Assembly: GCA_965660725.1 (NCBI GenBank)
Contig: CBFIBI010000004.1
Coordinates: forward strand, 4,164-68,163
Direction: 5' to 3'
DNA: 64,000 nt
Source: Opitutales bacterium
GTDB taxonomy: Bacteria; Verrucomicrobiota; Verrucomicrobiia; Opitutales; Seribacteraceae
Shown here in pieces: positions 37,514 to 46,475 of this stretch. The notes below the pieces were generated by a model, which saw nothing but the letters and a program-made list of their open reading frames with translations, searched no databases and was not told the DNA's origin. The stretch's first letter is position 1. Every line of letters starts with the position of its first letter. Position numbers and translations under genes: made by a program.

Positions 37514-39668
37514 GAGTAAACAAATTTTTGTAAATTTTTCGTTAGCTCTTTTTGGTTTGCTTCTTTTTTCCTGTGGTGGAGAAGAGGAAGTTGCCCCAGA
37601 AGTAGATAATTCTAAAAAAGAAGAACAAGCTCCTTTAGTTGAACCGCAGGAAATTGTTGAGGAAGAGCCTGAACCCGAACCTGTAGTCTTACCAAACCCC
37701 AATGGAGTGTATCTTCCTTCGGGTGAAGAAAAGAACGGTAAGCCTCTTTATGCCAATGGCGAAGGTTTTTTCATGTGGTTTAACGGATCCACTTGGAAAA
37801 TTTCCGATAAACCAGGTGGCGGTAAAACCATTTCAAATGGAAAAGAATCTATAAATGACAAATGGAGTGGAGGAGGAAAAGCCAGGCATTTCCCAGACGA
37901 GGAGTTTGCAAAAGATGCAATGTTCCGGCTCGCTGTTGCCTACCAAGGTTCACAGGATAACGCTAATGCGATTCGTTTATTCGATCAATATGTTAAAAAG
38001 TTTCCGGATGATAAAATGGTTGCCGAAGCGTATCTCAGTCTTGGCGATCTCGCCATAAGTGATGTTAAGCCCGATGAGCAACCCACCTATGAACAGATTC
38101 AAACTGCACAAAAGAATTATAGTTATGTACGCGAAAAATCTCAGGAAATGAGGCTAATTACCGATTCCACTTTTAATGAGGGCGGCTTAATTGAAAGAGT
38201 TGCAGAAAATCCTGAAGGTGTTGTTGATTATTATCTGACTTTTGACAAAAATAAGGACGAGGTATTACAATCATCTGAATATAATTCAATTGGATTGAAG
38301 ACAGAAAAAAGTTTCGCTGATTTTGACTTGAACGGTGATAAAGCGGTAGATTACGGAGAATTATTTGATGTCGCTTCGGCAGTTTTTTATGCTGACATGG
38401 AAAATCTTTTCAGTGACTATTCCGAAAAGTTTGGTGGCAAAGAAGGGGCTCGTATTTCCGAAGCAACCGAAAAAATTGGCTTTGCTAGTGAAATGCAAGG
38501 AAGACCTTCAGATATGCTCAATCTTTATTACAAGGATATTGAGAAATATGGAAATGATCCGAGTAATGTCGGGGTTGATGGGATACTTAATAAGTATACC
38601 GATAAATACGATGAATATAACAAACTTTATGGTCGAACCCTAGACCTTTTGGAAAAATTGCAAAACCCCAGTCAGTCAGTGACTTTTACCTATCGAGACA
38701 GGAAAGGAGTTGAAGAAACGATTTCTGGAACCATTGAGGAAATAATTGTTGATCGAAAAAAATTGTTACCATTCCTCTCAGCTAATTACGAAGGTATGGA
38801 CCAAGACATTTACAGCGATGTCGTTAAATCCCGTGGAGCTATCTTTTCCAACCCTTCTCATATGGAAAAATTTAAGGGATATTTGAAGAGATACCGAAAT
38901 TTTCAAAAGGGGTTCCCTTCCGATTTATCTCCATCTGTTGCATTCTTAAAGTTATTAAACGATGCTAAAGCTTCAAGTAATAAACCCCTTGAGCTTCGTA
39001 TGCGTGCAATGCTTGACCGTGTTGGTTCAAAGGCTGGAGGAAGTTACAATCCTCAGAGAAGCGATTTCCCAGCTGCAAGCCCCGGGGTTCTAGTTTGGAT
39101 GGCCAACCAACTACTTGCTCAAAATGCAACTGAAGACGCTGTTGCAGCCATGGAGAGGTTAGTTGATGTATTCGGAGAAACTGGAGGTGAATTTCTATTT
39201 GATGCAAATTATGTACTTGGCCAGGCTAAGCAGCAAGAAAGGAGCTATCAGGATGCCGTTGAATATTATGAATCTGCTTTAGCGAACTCTTCTTGGCACG
39301 ACAATGCAAATGATGCCAAGATTCGTCTGGGTGAATCTCTATACGAGGTCGGTCAGACATCCAAGGATTCAAATTTATATGATCGGGCAGTTTCTTCTTT
39401 TTCAGAAGTTAAGAGTGATACCGATGCGTCTCTTGAGCAACGGGCTCAATCTTCTTTTATGATGGGCGAATGTAAACGAGCAATTCGTGACTATGCAGGT
39501 GCTGCTTATTATTATTTAGACACAACTCTCAACTTCCCTAGTGCGGCTAAATGGGCCTCCAAGTCATTTGAACAAGCTATCCGTTGTTATGAGCAAAGTG
39601 GCCAAAGCGATCAAATTACCAAGGTAGAAAAACAGTATGTCGATTGGCAGCGTAAATTTTTGAAATAA
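37506..39668 (+). CDS. TPR-repeat lipoprotein with an acidic linker and an EF-hand-like loop pair
   Basis: 720 aa with lipobox LLLFSCGG and the acidic linker EEEVAPEV..EEEPEPEP. It has YbgF/BamD-like TPR units (AMFRLAVAYQGSQDNANAIRLFDQYVKKFPDDKMVAEAYLSLGDL) and the loops DKNKDEVLQSSE and DLNGDKAVDYGE. Its start overlaps the upstream stop by 8 nt. Confidence 0.65.
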   Translation: MNKSKQIFVNFSLALFGLLLFSCGGEEEVAPEVDNSKKEEQAPLVEPQEIVEEEPEPEPVVLPNPNGVYLPSGEEKNGKPLYANGEGFFMWFNGSTWKISDKPGGGKTISNGKESINDKWSGGGKARHFPDEEFAKDAMFRLAVAYQGSQDNANAIRLFDQYVKKFPDDKMVAEAYLSLGDLAISDVKPDEQPTYEQIQTAQKNYSYVREKSQEMRLITDSTFNEGGLIERVAENPEGVVDYYLTFDKNKDEVLQSSEYNSIGLKTEKSFADFDLNGDKAVDYGELFDVASAVFYADMENLFSDYSEKFGGKEGARISEATEKIGFASEMQGRPSDMLNLYYKDIEKYGNDPSNVGVDGILNKYTDKYDEYNKLYGRTLDLLEKLQNPSQSVTFTYRDRKGVEETISGTIEEIIVDRKKLLPFLSANYEGMDQDIYSDVVKSRGAIFSNPSHMEKFKGYLKRYRNFQKGFPSDLSPSVAFLKLLNDAKASSNKPLELRMRAMLDRVGSKAGGSYNPQRSDFPAASPGVLVWMANQLLAQNATEDAVAAMERLVDVFGETGGEFLFDANYVLGQAKQQERSYQDAVEYYESALANSSWHDNANDAKIRLGESLYEVGQTSKDSNLYDRAVSSFSEVKSDTDASLEQRAQSSFMMGECKRAIRDYAGAAYYYLDTTLNFPSAAKWASKSFEQAIRCYEQSGQSDQITKVEKQYVDWQRKFLK

Positions 39669-39671
39669 ATA

Positions 39672-40907
39672 ATGAAATCCTGGATAAAAATAATTTATTT
39701 TACTTTAGTAATCTGTCTAAGTGGTTCCTTGCATGTACAGGGTAATCAGGACTACTTTAAAATACACTCAGGCCCGCTTCCTGTAAAAATTTATGTGGGA
39801 AATTCAGGAAAAGCAGGAAGTCTTCTAGGCGTTGATGGTCAAAAAGGAATTATTTATGCACAAATGGATGGAGCCGGGAGAATGCAACTCGAACTTCGTG
39901 GCTTAGATAAACAAAATATAAAAGGTTTTTCTTATGCTTGGCCCGAAGATGCAATTAAGGTTTTGAAGTCTTTTTCTAACGAGCAATATAATGTGAAGCT
40001 TCTTCCTTCTCTGCGACCGGTTATTTATAAAGCACTTTTATATCTTGAAATACCACAAAAGTATTTTGCGGTTCATGATAACTGTCTTATTTATGTCAAG
40101 GCTTTGATTGAAATGGAACAATTTAATGAAGCATTTTACCTTCTTTCCCGATTAAATCTAAATAAATTAGACAGTTATGGATACCGTGATTTTTCTGAAG
40201 CATCCCTAGAATTGGCAAGTAAGATGATTCAGGCTAACTCGAAATCTGCTAAAGTTGCCAGGGCTCTTCTTCAAAAAGTCTCTATTCGTAATAATAGTGC
40301 CGATCATGCATCTTATTTAAAATTGGCTGATTCTCTTCGTTTGAAAGGATTGTATAACGAAGCGATTTCCGAATACGCAAGGCTGGGCCCAATTGTAAAT
40401 AAATCGATTGGTAGTCCATATTCAAAGATTGTCGAAATTTGGCCGATCTATTGTTACATCAAATTATATGAAACATATTCGAGGGCTGCATTAAAAGATG
40501 CTCGATATCGAGAGCCGGCTGGTAAGATTTTCAACACAGCGATGCAGTCTGTGAAAAAATTGGATGAAAAACCACCCGCGAGACAGACGAACGAATACTC
40601 ACTTTATAAACTAATCCGTGCTCTTTTACGTGTTCAATATGCCCGTCAGTTTGAACAGGCTGGCAATGATATTAAAGCCGCAGAATATTATCGCCAATCG
40701 GTCCTCGAAGTTACGGAGGGAATAGTAAGTGCTCGAGTGGGCCTTGATTGGTTGCCCGAGTCTTTAATGATGGCTGGCGATGCTTATGAGAAACTAAATC
40801 TTAATGAAGCTGCCAGAAATGTTTATAAGCAAGTAAAAATATTTTATGATGGTACAAAATGGTCATCTGAAAGCGAAAAAAGATTGGCTAGCTTGCCTGC
40901 ATCCTAA
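39672..40907 (+). CDS. secreted helical-repeat (TPR-like) protein
   Basis: 411 aa with signal peptide MKSWIKIIYFTLVICLSGSLHVQG. The C-terminal two-thirds are helical repeats. It starts 3 nt after the upstream stop. Confidence 0.55.
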   Translation: MKSWIKIIYFTLVICLSGSLHVQGNQDYFKIHSGPLPVKIYVGNSGKAGSLLGVDGQKGIIYAQMDGAGRMQLELRGLDKQNIKGFSYAWPEDAIKVLKSFSNEQYNVKLLPSLRPVIYKALLYLEIPQKYFAVHDNCLIYVKALIEMEQFNEAFYLLSRLNLNKLDSYGYRDFSEASLELASKMIQANSKSAKVARALLQKVSIRNNSADHASYLKLADSLRLKGLYNEAISEYARLGPIVNKSIGSPYSKIVEIWPIYCYIKLYETYSRAALKDARYREPAGKIFNTAMQSVKKLDEKPPARQTNEYSLYKLIRALLRVQYARQFEQAGNDIKAAEYYRQSVLEVTEGIVSARVGLDWLPESLMMAGDAYEKLNLNEAARNVYKQVKIFYDGTKWSSESEKRLASLPAS

Positions 40908-40971
40908 AAATCCTGTTCTTGACCCTTTCTGTCCGACAAGTAATTCTAGATAAAACAAATTAATCAACATT

Positions 40972-41805
40972 ATGAAATTAGGCTTCAACCGTAAATTAAG
41001 CATATTGGGAATAATCTTTGCCAGTTTATCTCCTAGTTTTTTCGCAAATCTTGCTCACGCTCAGCAAAAAGGCTTTGGAAGTGCCTTGGTTGATAATTTA
41101 GGACCATTCTTAGTTCCTTTTATTATTCTTATTTTGGCTGGGTTTACCCTTATCATATACAATGGTATTGCCATTCGAAAGAAAGCATTTGTAAAGGAAG
41201 ACGTCGTGCAGCCAATTATGCAGGAGTTGCAGAATTTGAATGTAGAAGGTGCCATGGCATTGTGTGAACAATATAAATTACCTGTTACATCTGTGTTGAA
41301 AGGTGGATTGGCCCGAATTCAGGATGATGAACTTGATATTGAATCAATTGAAAAAGGTTTAGAAGAAAGTTCTGGACTTGAATTAGCAAAACCATTCACC
41401 TGGATTAATTTGCTAAATACTGTTGGTTCAATAGCTCCGATGGTTGGACTTCTTGGTACTGTTACCGGTATGATTGGAGCATTCCAGGTACTTCAAAGTT
41501 CAGGAATGGGTGGTGAATCGAGCCAAAAGATGGCCGGTAATATTGGTAGTGCACTATGGACAACTGCAGCGGGTCTAGTTGTGGCAATCCCAACTTTAAT
41601 TTCTTACTTTATATACAAAACAAAATTTGGAACAATTGTTGCGGAAGTTAATCGGGTTGCTGGAGAAATGGTGTTCACTTTAGTTCGTGCTGCAAGAGGT
41701 GGGTTCGGCGATGGTGGTGAAGAGCAATATTATGAAGAAGAACCTGCAGCAGAAGGCTTGCCACCGGCTCCTGAAGCTCCGGCTCCACCAATGCCCCCTG
41801 CGTAA
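40972..41805 (+). CDS. MotA/TolQ/ExbB-family proton channel protein with a signal peptide and a Pro-rich C-terminal tail
   Basis: 277 aa with the conserved block GSIAPMVGLLGTVTGMIGAFQVL ... GNIGSALWTTAAGLVVAIPTLISYFIY. The tail is EEPAAEGLPPAPEAPAPPMPPA. Confidence 0.88.
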   Translation: MKLGFNRKLSILGIIFASLSPSFFANLAHAQQKGFGSALVDNLGPFLVPFIILILAGFTLIIYNGIAIRKKAFVKEDVVQPIMQELQNLNVEGAMALCEQYKLPVTSVLKGGLARIQDDELDIESIEKGLEESSGLELAKPFTWINLLNTVGSIAPMVGLLGTVTGMIGAFQVLQSSGMGGESSQKMAGNIGSALWTTAAGLVVAIPTLISYFIYKTKFGTIVAEVNRVAGEMVFTLVRAARGGFGDGGEEQYYEEEPAAEGLPPAPEAPAPPMPPA

Positions 41806-41840
41806 TTTATTCTAAAACCAATTTTGTTTGATATAATCAG

Positions 41841-42260
41841 ATGAGTAGGTATCAGCCACCCGAGTCAAATGACTCACCGGATTTGACTCCTATGATCGAT
41901 GTGGTTTTTCTTCTGATCGTCTTTTTTATGGTTGTTGCTCAGAGAATGTCCGAGCAATACATAGAGCTATCTGCCTTACCTGTTGCCGGTAATTCAAGTG
42001 TTAAAGAGCAACCACCTCCACGTACAATCATCAGTATTGATGAAACACCACTAGGCCAAAAATTTTACTGGGGAGAACAGGAAATCGATATGGAGGCAAT
42101 TGGCACAGCTGTTAAAAGGCATCCAGATTGGAAAGTCTTCTTGCGTGTTCATCCAAAAGTAACGCATGCAGTGGTTCAAGATGTAATGAAAGTAATTGGA
42201 AATGCAGGGCAAGCAGATATAATTTTCGGGACTTGGCAAGTTGCCGGTGGTGCTTCTTAG
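41841..42260 (+). CDS. ExbD/TolR-family protein
   Basis: 139 aa with the hallmark DLTPMIDVVFLLIVFFMV. Confidence 0.85.
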   Translation: MSRYQPPESNDSPDLTPMIDVVFLLIVFFMVVAQRMSEQYIELSALPVAGNSSVKEQPPPRTIISIDETPLGQKFYWGEQEIDMEAIGTAVKRHPDWKVFLRVHPKVTHAVVQDVMKVIGNAGQADIIFGTWQVAGGAS

Positions 42261-42263
42261 AAA

Positions 42264-42719
42264 ATGGACTCGTTAAAGAAAATATTGGCAGATGAGGACG
42301 AGGTTGACCTTACTCCAATGATCGATGTTACCTTTCTTCTTTTAATTTACTTTATGGTTACAACCATGCTTAAGCAGCCCGAAGCAGAATTGTCTATTCA
42401 ACTACCCGGGAAACCTCAAAGCAGTGATATTACACCGATGGATATGCTCAATGTTAAAATCGGGGACCAGGGTGAAGTTTATCTTAATGGCTCTGAAATA
42501 GAGGACGGACTCGACTTTGAAATGCCTGACTTAGTTGCAAACCTTAAGGTTCAAAAAGGAATGCGTGATCAATTGATAAGTTCAGGAGCTAAAACAAAAG
42601 CAGAGGCTGAGCTAAAAGTTCAGATTGAAAGTTCTGGTATTGCCGAACACCAATCGGCAATCAGTGTGCTTAATGCATGCTCAGATGCAGGCGTAAACAA
42701 AGTTACTTTTTCATTTTAA
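42264..42719 (+). CDS. ExbD/TolR-family protein (second paralog)
   Basis: 151 aa with the hallmark DLTPMIDVTFLLLIYFMV. It starts 3 nt after the first ExbD stop. Confidence 0.85.
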   Translation: MDSLKKILADEDEVDLTPMIDVTFLLLIYFMVTTMLKQPEAELSIQLPGKPQSSDITPMDMLNVKIGDQGEVYLNGSEIEDGLDFEMPDLVANLKVQKGMRDQLISSGAKTKAEAELKVQIESSGIAEHQSAISVLNACSDAGVNKVTFSF

Positions 42720-42741
42720 GACCACATAGTTTTACTTTTGA

Positions 42742-43134
42742 ATGAGCTCGATTGTATCTAAATTTCTTCATACTAGAATGCGTGTCAGTGATCTGGATGA
42801 ATCCGTTGATTTTTATAACAAAGTTTTTGGCTTGGAAGTAACTCGTAATCACGAATCCCCACGTGGTTCTAAATTAGTCTTTTTAGCTGTTCCAAATAGT
42901 GATGAAGAAATAGAACTGACATATTTCCCTGGATCAGGGCCCGTTCATGTTCAGGAAGATTTAATGCATCTGGCATTTGAAGTGGAAAGTATGACTGCAT
43001 TTCAGGCTCATGTTGAGTCTGTAGGCGAAAAGTTAAGCGATGGACCAACGCAAAGCTCATCGGGATCAATTTTCGCTTTTGTCGATGCTCCAGATGGCTA
43101 TGAAATCGAGGTTATTGAGAGACCAAAAAATTAA
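42742..43134 (+). CDS. VOC-family protein / glyoxalase I-like (lactoylglutathione lyase-like)
   Basis: 130 aa with the motifs FLHTRMRVSDLDESVDFYNKVFGLEV, ELTY, HLAFEV and PDGYEIEVIE. Confidence 0.82.
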   Translation: MSSIVSKFLHTRMRVSDLDESVDFYNKVFGLEVTRNHESPRGSKLVFLAVPNSDEEIELTYFPGSGPVHVQEDLMHLAFEVESMTAFQAHVESVGEKLSDGPTQSSSGSIFAFVDAPDGYEIEVIERPKN

Positions 43135-43247
43135 ATTTTATTACCCTCAAATATTTTAGTTTACTTTGAGTCAGATCGGCGTTGTCTTGTCTCGATTTTG
43201 CTGATTACAATGAAGATAGAGATTTGGTTTAGACTATAAAATTAAAA

Positions 43248-43886
43248 ATGAAAAATCTACTTTGTTATCTTATTTGTATGTCATTTTTGGGATGCATGCC
43301 CGAGAAAAATTTTATTTCTCCGAAAGTTTCAACTGAAACCTGGTTATTTAATGGTTCAAGCTTGGATAATTGGGAAAAAACTGACTACGCAGGAAAGGGT
43401 AATATCGTAATTGACGATAATGGAAGCCTTGTATTAGAGATGGGCGCAGAACTTTCAGGAATACATTGGAAAGGTCCACCATTGCCCGTGAAAAATTATG
43501 AAATTCTTTTGAAAGCCAAAAGGACAATGGGTAGTGATTTTTTTTGTGGGCTTACCTTTCCGTATAAAGATTCCCACGCTACTCTAATTTTAGGAGGCTG
43601 GGGTGGCTCACTTATTGGCATTTCAAGTATAGATGATTTTGATGCATCTGAAAATGAAACGGGAGATGCATTTATTTTTGAAGATCATCGCTGGTACGAT
43701 GTCCGTCTGCGTGTTACCGAAAGTGAAATAAGTGTATGGATTGATGACGCACAGGTTATTGATGTCGAGGTTGAAGGTCGCAAAGTAGGTATGAGATTTG
43801 GTGAAATAGAAATGTCTGTACCGCTCGGATTAACCACTTTTGCAACCAGGGGTGTGATTCGCGATATGTTATTGAAGCGAATTTGA
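43248..43886 (+). CDS. lipoprotein with a concanavalin-like/DUF1080-like jelly-roll domain
   Basis: 212 aa with lipobox FLGCMP. The pattern W..NG.SLDNWEK...G..VIDDNGSLVL and WYDVRLRVTESEISVWIDDAQV resembles the DUF1080 / 3-keto-disaccharide hydrolase fold. The assignment is tentative. Confidence 0.5.
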   Translation: MKNLLCYLICMSFLGCMPEKNFISPKVSTETWLFNGSSLDNWEKTDYAGKGNIVIDDNGSLVLEMGAELSGIHWKGPPLPVKNYEILLKAKRTMGSDFFCGLTFPYKDSHATLILGGWGGSLIGISSIDDFDASENETGDAFIFEDHRWYDVRLRVTESEISVWIDDAQVIDVEVEGRKVGMRFGEIEMSVPLGLTTFATRGVIRDMLLKRI

Positions 43887-44966
43887 TTCCCGTAATCGAA
43901 GCTGCCCGCAAGCGGCGTCAATATCATGTCCTTTCTCCATACGCAAAGTGACTCTTGGCGCTTTTTCTTTTTCAACTTGGTTTTGAAAAGCCTTAATTCG
44001 ACTTATTTCGGGTCGTACCCATTTTAGGCCATCAACTTTATTGTAGGGTATCAGGTTAACTTTTGCATTTAGTCGTCGTGCATGTTTTGCCAGCAGGGTT
44101 GCCTGATTCAGGTCATCATTCACTCCTTTAATTAGGATATATTCCAGAGTGATCATTTTTTTGCGCTCTTCGATGAATTTTTCACATGATTCAAGCAAGT
44201 CTTTCATCGGGTAGCGTTTATTAATAGGCATAATTTTTTCTCGAGTCTGATCATCTCCGCCATGTAGTGAGATAGCTAGCCGTATTTGTGCAGGGTATTT
44301 GGCAAGTTCAAGTATTTTAGGTGCCAACCCGCTTGTCGAAAGAGTAATGTGTCTGGCTCCTATTCCCAAGCCTTTGGGATCAAGTATTATGTCAAGTGCT
44401 GGTAACAGTGCAGGCAGGTTGGCCAGTGGTTCGCCCATTCCCATAAAGACAAGGTTATCAATTCGTTTGCCTGCCTTGTTCTTGGCTAAAATGACTTGTC
44501 CAACAATCTCTCCAGTCGTCAAATTTCTTTTCAAACCATCTAATCCACTAGCACAAAACCTACAGCCAAGGGCACATCCAACCTGGGTGGAAACACAAAG
44601 GGTTAACCTTGAAGCTCTTACTCCCTTTGTGCCTTCGGTTGCCGGAATTAAAACACTTTCGATATATTGTTCATCCCTCAACTTCCAAAGAAATTTTTGG
44701 GTGGTGTCTGCTGAACCCTGTTCCCTGGCAGTTTCCATTGGAGTTAGGTCGTACTGCTCTCCAAGTTCCTGCCTTAATCCTCTTGGCAGGTTGGTCATAT
44801 TCTTAAATGAAAGAATTCCTTTATCAAATATCCACTCTCTTATTTGTTCAACCCTATAGGATGGTAGCTGGTCAAATTGCCAATCAGTGAACGGCACATC
44901 TATAAGCAGAGGGTTTGCAGAATTCAAATGCATGTATTCTTTCTGCCTTAAAATGGCAGATGTCAC
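43869..44966 (-). CDS. rlmN: 23S rRNA/tRNA (adenine-C2)-methyltransferase RlmN (radical SAM)
   Basis: 365 aa with YRVEQIREWIF, the radical-SAM cluster motif CVSTQVGCALGCRFCASG, NLVFMGMGEPL and the C-terminal DIDAACGQL. Confidence 0.9.
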   Translation of the reverse strand: MTSAILRQKEYMHLNSANPLLIDVPFTDWQFDQLPSYRVEQIREWIFDKGILSFKNMTNLPRGLRQELGEQYDLTPMETAREQGSADTTQKFLWKLRDEQYIESVLIPATEGTKGVRASRLTLCVSTQVGCALGCRFCASGLDGLKRNLTTGEIVGQVILAKNKAGKRIDNLVFMGMGEPLANLPALLPALDIILDPKGLGIGARHITLSTSGLAPKILELAKYPAQIRLAISLHGGDDQTREKIMPINKRYPMKDLLESCEKFIEERKKMITLEYILIKGVNDDLNQATLLAKHARRLNAKVNLIPYNKVDGLKWVRPEISRIKAFQNQVEKEKAPRVTLRMEKGHDIDAACGQLRLRESNSLQ

Positions 44967-45003
44967 AAGTTAAACTAGGTGAATAAGCTACCCAATGGGA
45001 TTT

Positions 45004-46473
45004 TTATGCAATCACCTGGTGGATTGGCTCGGCACCTTCCACACCCACTAGGCTCTTATCGAGGCCTCCATGGAAGTAGGAGAGGTTATTAGGATCCAAG
45101 CCCAGCTGATTTAGAATTGTTGCATGCAATCTGCGGACATGAAAACGATCCTTGACAGCCTGGCTTCCAAGCTCGTCGGTTTCGCCGACACTCACTCCAC
45201 CCTTAATACCGCCACCAGCCATCCACATTGTGAATCCCCATGAGTTGTGATCGCGTCCGGTTCCTTCTCTATATTCTGCGGTTGGTTGACGGCCAAATTC
45301 ACCGCCCCACACAACAAGAGTTTCATCGAGCAGTCCACGTTGTTTTAAGTCTTTGAGCAAGCCAGCAATCGGTTTGTCTGTATTTCCGGCATGATAGGAA
45401 TGGTTTTTAACCAGATCGCCATGGGCATCCCAATTATTGTCGTTATGGTGACCACCTGAATAAATTTGGATAAAGCGTACTCCTCGTTCAACCAGTCTTC
45501 TTGCGAGTATACATTTGCGTCCAAAGTCTTCGGTATTTGAACCATCCATACCGTATAAGTCTTTGATATATGCTGGTTCCTTGTCCACATCAACTGCCTC
45601 CGGAGCAGAAGCCTGCATTTTATAAGCAAGTTCATAAGATGCTATCCGGGCGGCTAGATTTGTGTTGTCGTATCGTTCGGATAGGTGACCCTCATTCATT
45701 GTTCTCAGGTGATCCAACAGGGTGCGCTGTTGTGGGCGCGGTATGCCGTGAGAGTTCTCCAGGTCGAGAATTGGGGATCCTTGTGAGCGAAGTACTGTTC
45801 CCTGGTAACTTGCCGGCATGTAACCACTCGACCAATTTTTTGCGCCACTGATTGGACCACCAGTTTTGTCGAGCATTACTACATAGCCTGGCAGGTTCTC
45901 ATTAACGCTTCCCAGCCCGTAGTTTACCCAGGAACCAAGTGATGGGTGTCCGGAGAGAAGGTTGCCTGCATTCATCATCAGCATGGCGGATCCATGAATG
46001 GGGGACTCGGCTTTCATGGAGTGTAGAAATGCAATATCGTCAACACATGAACCGACATGGGGAAAAAGATCGGATACATACTTACCACATTCTCCATAAG
46101 GTTTGAATTTCCACTTTGGACCAACCACCCGACTTTCGTTTCTTTTTCCTCCACGTCCAAATGTTTTTACTTTAATTGTCTTTCCATCTAATGGATAGAG
46201 GTCGGGTTTGTAATCAAAAGTGTCCACTTGGCTGGGTCCACCGTACATGAACAGAAAAATAACTGACTTCGCTTTTCCCGGGAAAGCCGAGTTTTTCGGA
46301 GCAAGCGGATTCACAAAGGATGATGCACCACTAGCCATTGCCTTGTTTGCAAAGAATCCGTCCTGAGCAAGCATTCCGGTCAGTCCAAGCGAAGCAAAGC
46401 CTCCACCAATATCTTTAAGGAATTCCCTGCGGTGAGTACGGTTACAAAATGTGTTTTCTGGTTTTTCGTTCAT
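45004..46473 (-). CDS. DUF1501 domain-containing protein (Tat-exported, sulfatase-like fold)
   Basis: 489 aa with Tat signal HRREFLKDIGGGFASLGL and the blocks FLFMYGGPSQVDTFDYKP and GRDHNSWGFTMWMAGGGIKGG. Confidence 0.9.
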   Translation of the reverse strand: MNEKPENTFCNRTHRREFLKDIGGGFASLGLTGMLAQDGFFANKAMASGASSFVNPLAPKNSAFPGKAKSVIFLFMYGGPSQVDTFDYKPDLYPLDGKTIKVKTFGRGGKRNESRVVGPKWKFKPYGECGKYVSDLFPHVGSCVDDIAFLHSMKAESPIHGSAMLMMNAGNLLSGHPSLGSWVNYGLGSVNENLPGYVVMLDKTGGPISGAKNWSSGYMPASYQGTVLRSQGSPILDLENSHGIPRPQQRTLLDHLRTMNEGHLSERYDNTNLAARIASYELAYKMQASAPEAVDVDKEPAYIKDLYGMDGSNTEDFGRKCILARRLVERGVRFIQIYSGGHHNDNNWDAHGDLVKNHSYHAGNTDKPIAGLLKDLKQRGLLDETLVVWGGEFGRQPTAEYREGTGRDHNSWGFTMWMAGGGIKGGVSVGETDELGSQAVKDRFHVRRLHATILNQLGLDPNNLSYFHGGLDKSLVGVEGAEPIHQVIA

Positions 46474-46475
46474 AA

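Noticed and set aside
41701-41802. The Pro-rich tail of ExbB as a fused TonB.
   Set aside because: No TonB C-terminal domain follows. The tail is only ~35 aa and, by the usual ExbB topology, should be cytoplasmic. I kept it as a curiosity, not as a TonB call.
43869-43886. 18-bp convergent overlap of the lectin-fold lipoprotein gene and rlmN, as a regulatory antisense arrangement.
   Set aside because: Short 3'-end overlaps of convergent genes are common in compact genomes, and nothing else supports a special role.
44299-44859. 186-aa plus-strand ORF overlapping rlmN.
   Set aside because: It is antisense to an unambiguous radical-SAM RlmN gene (CX3CX2C motif). It is Ser/Pro/Leu-rich, which is typical of antisense translation.
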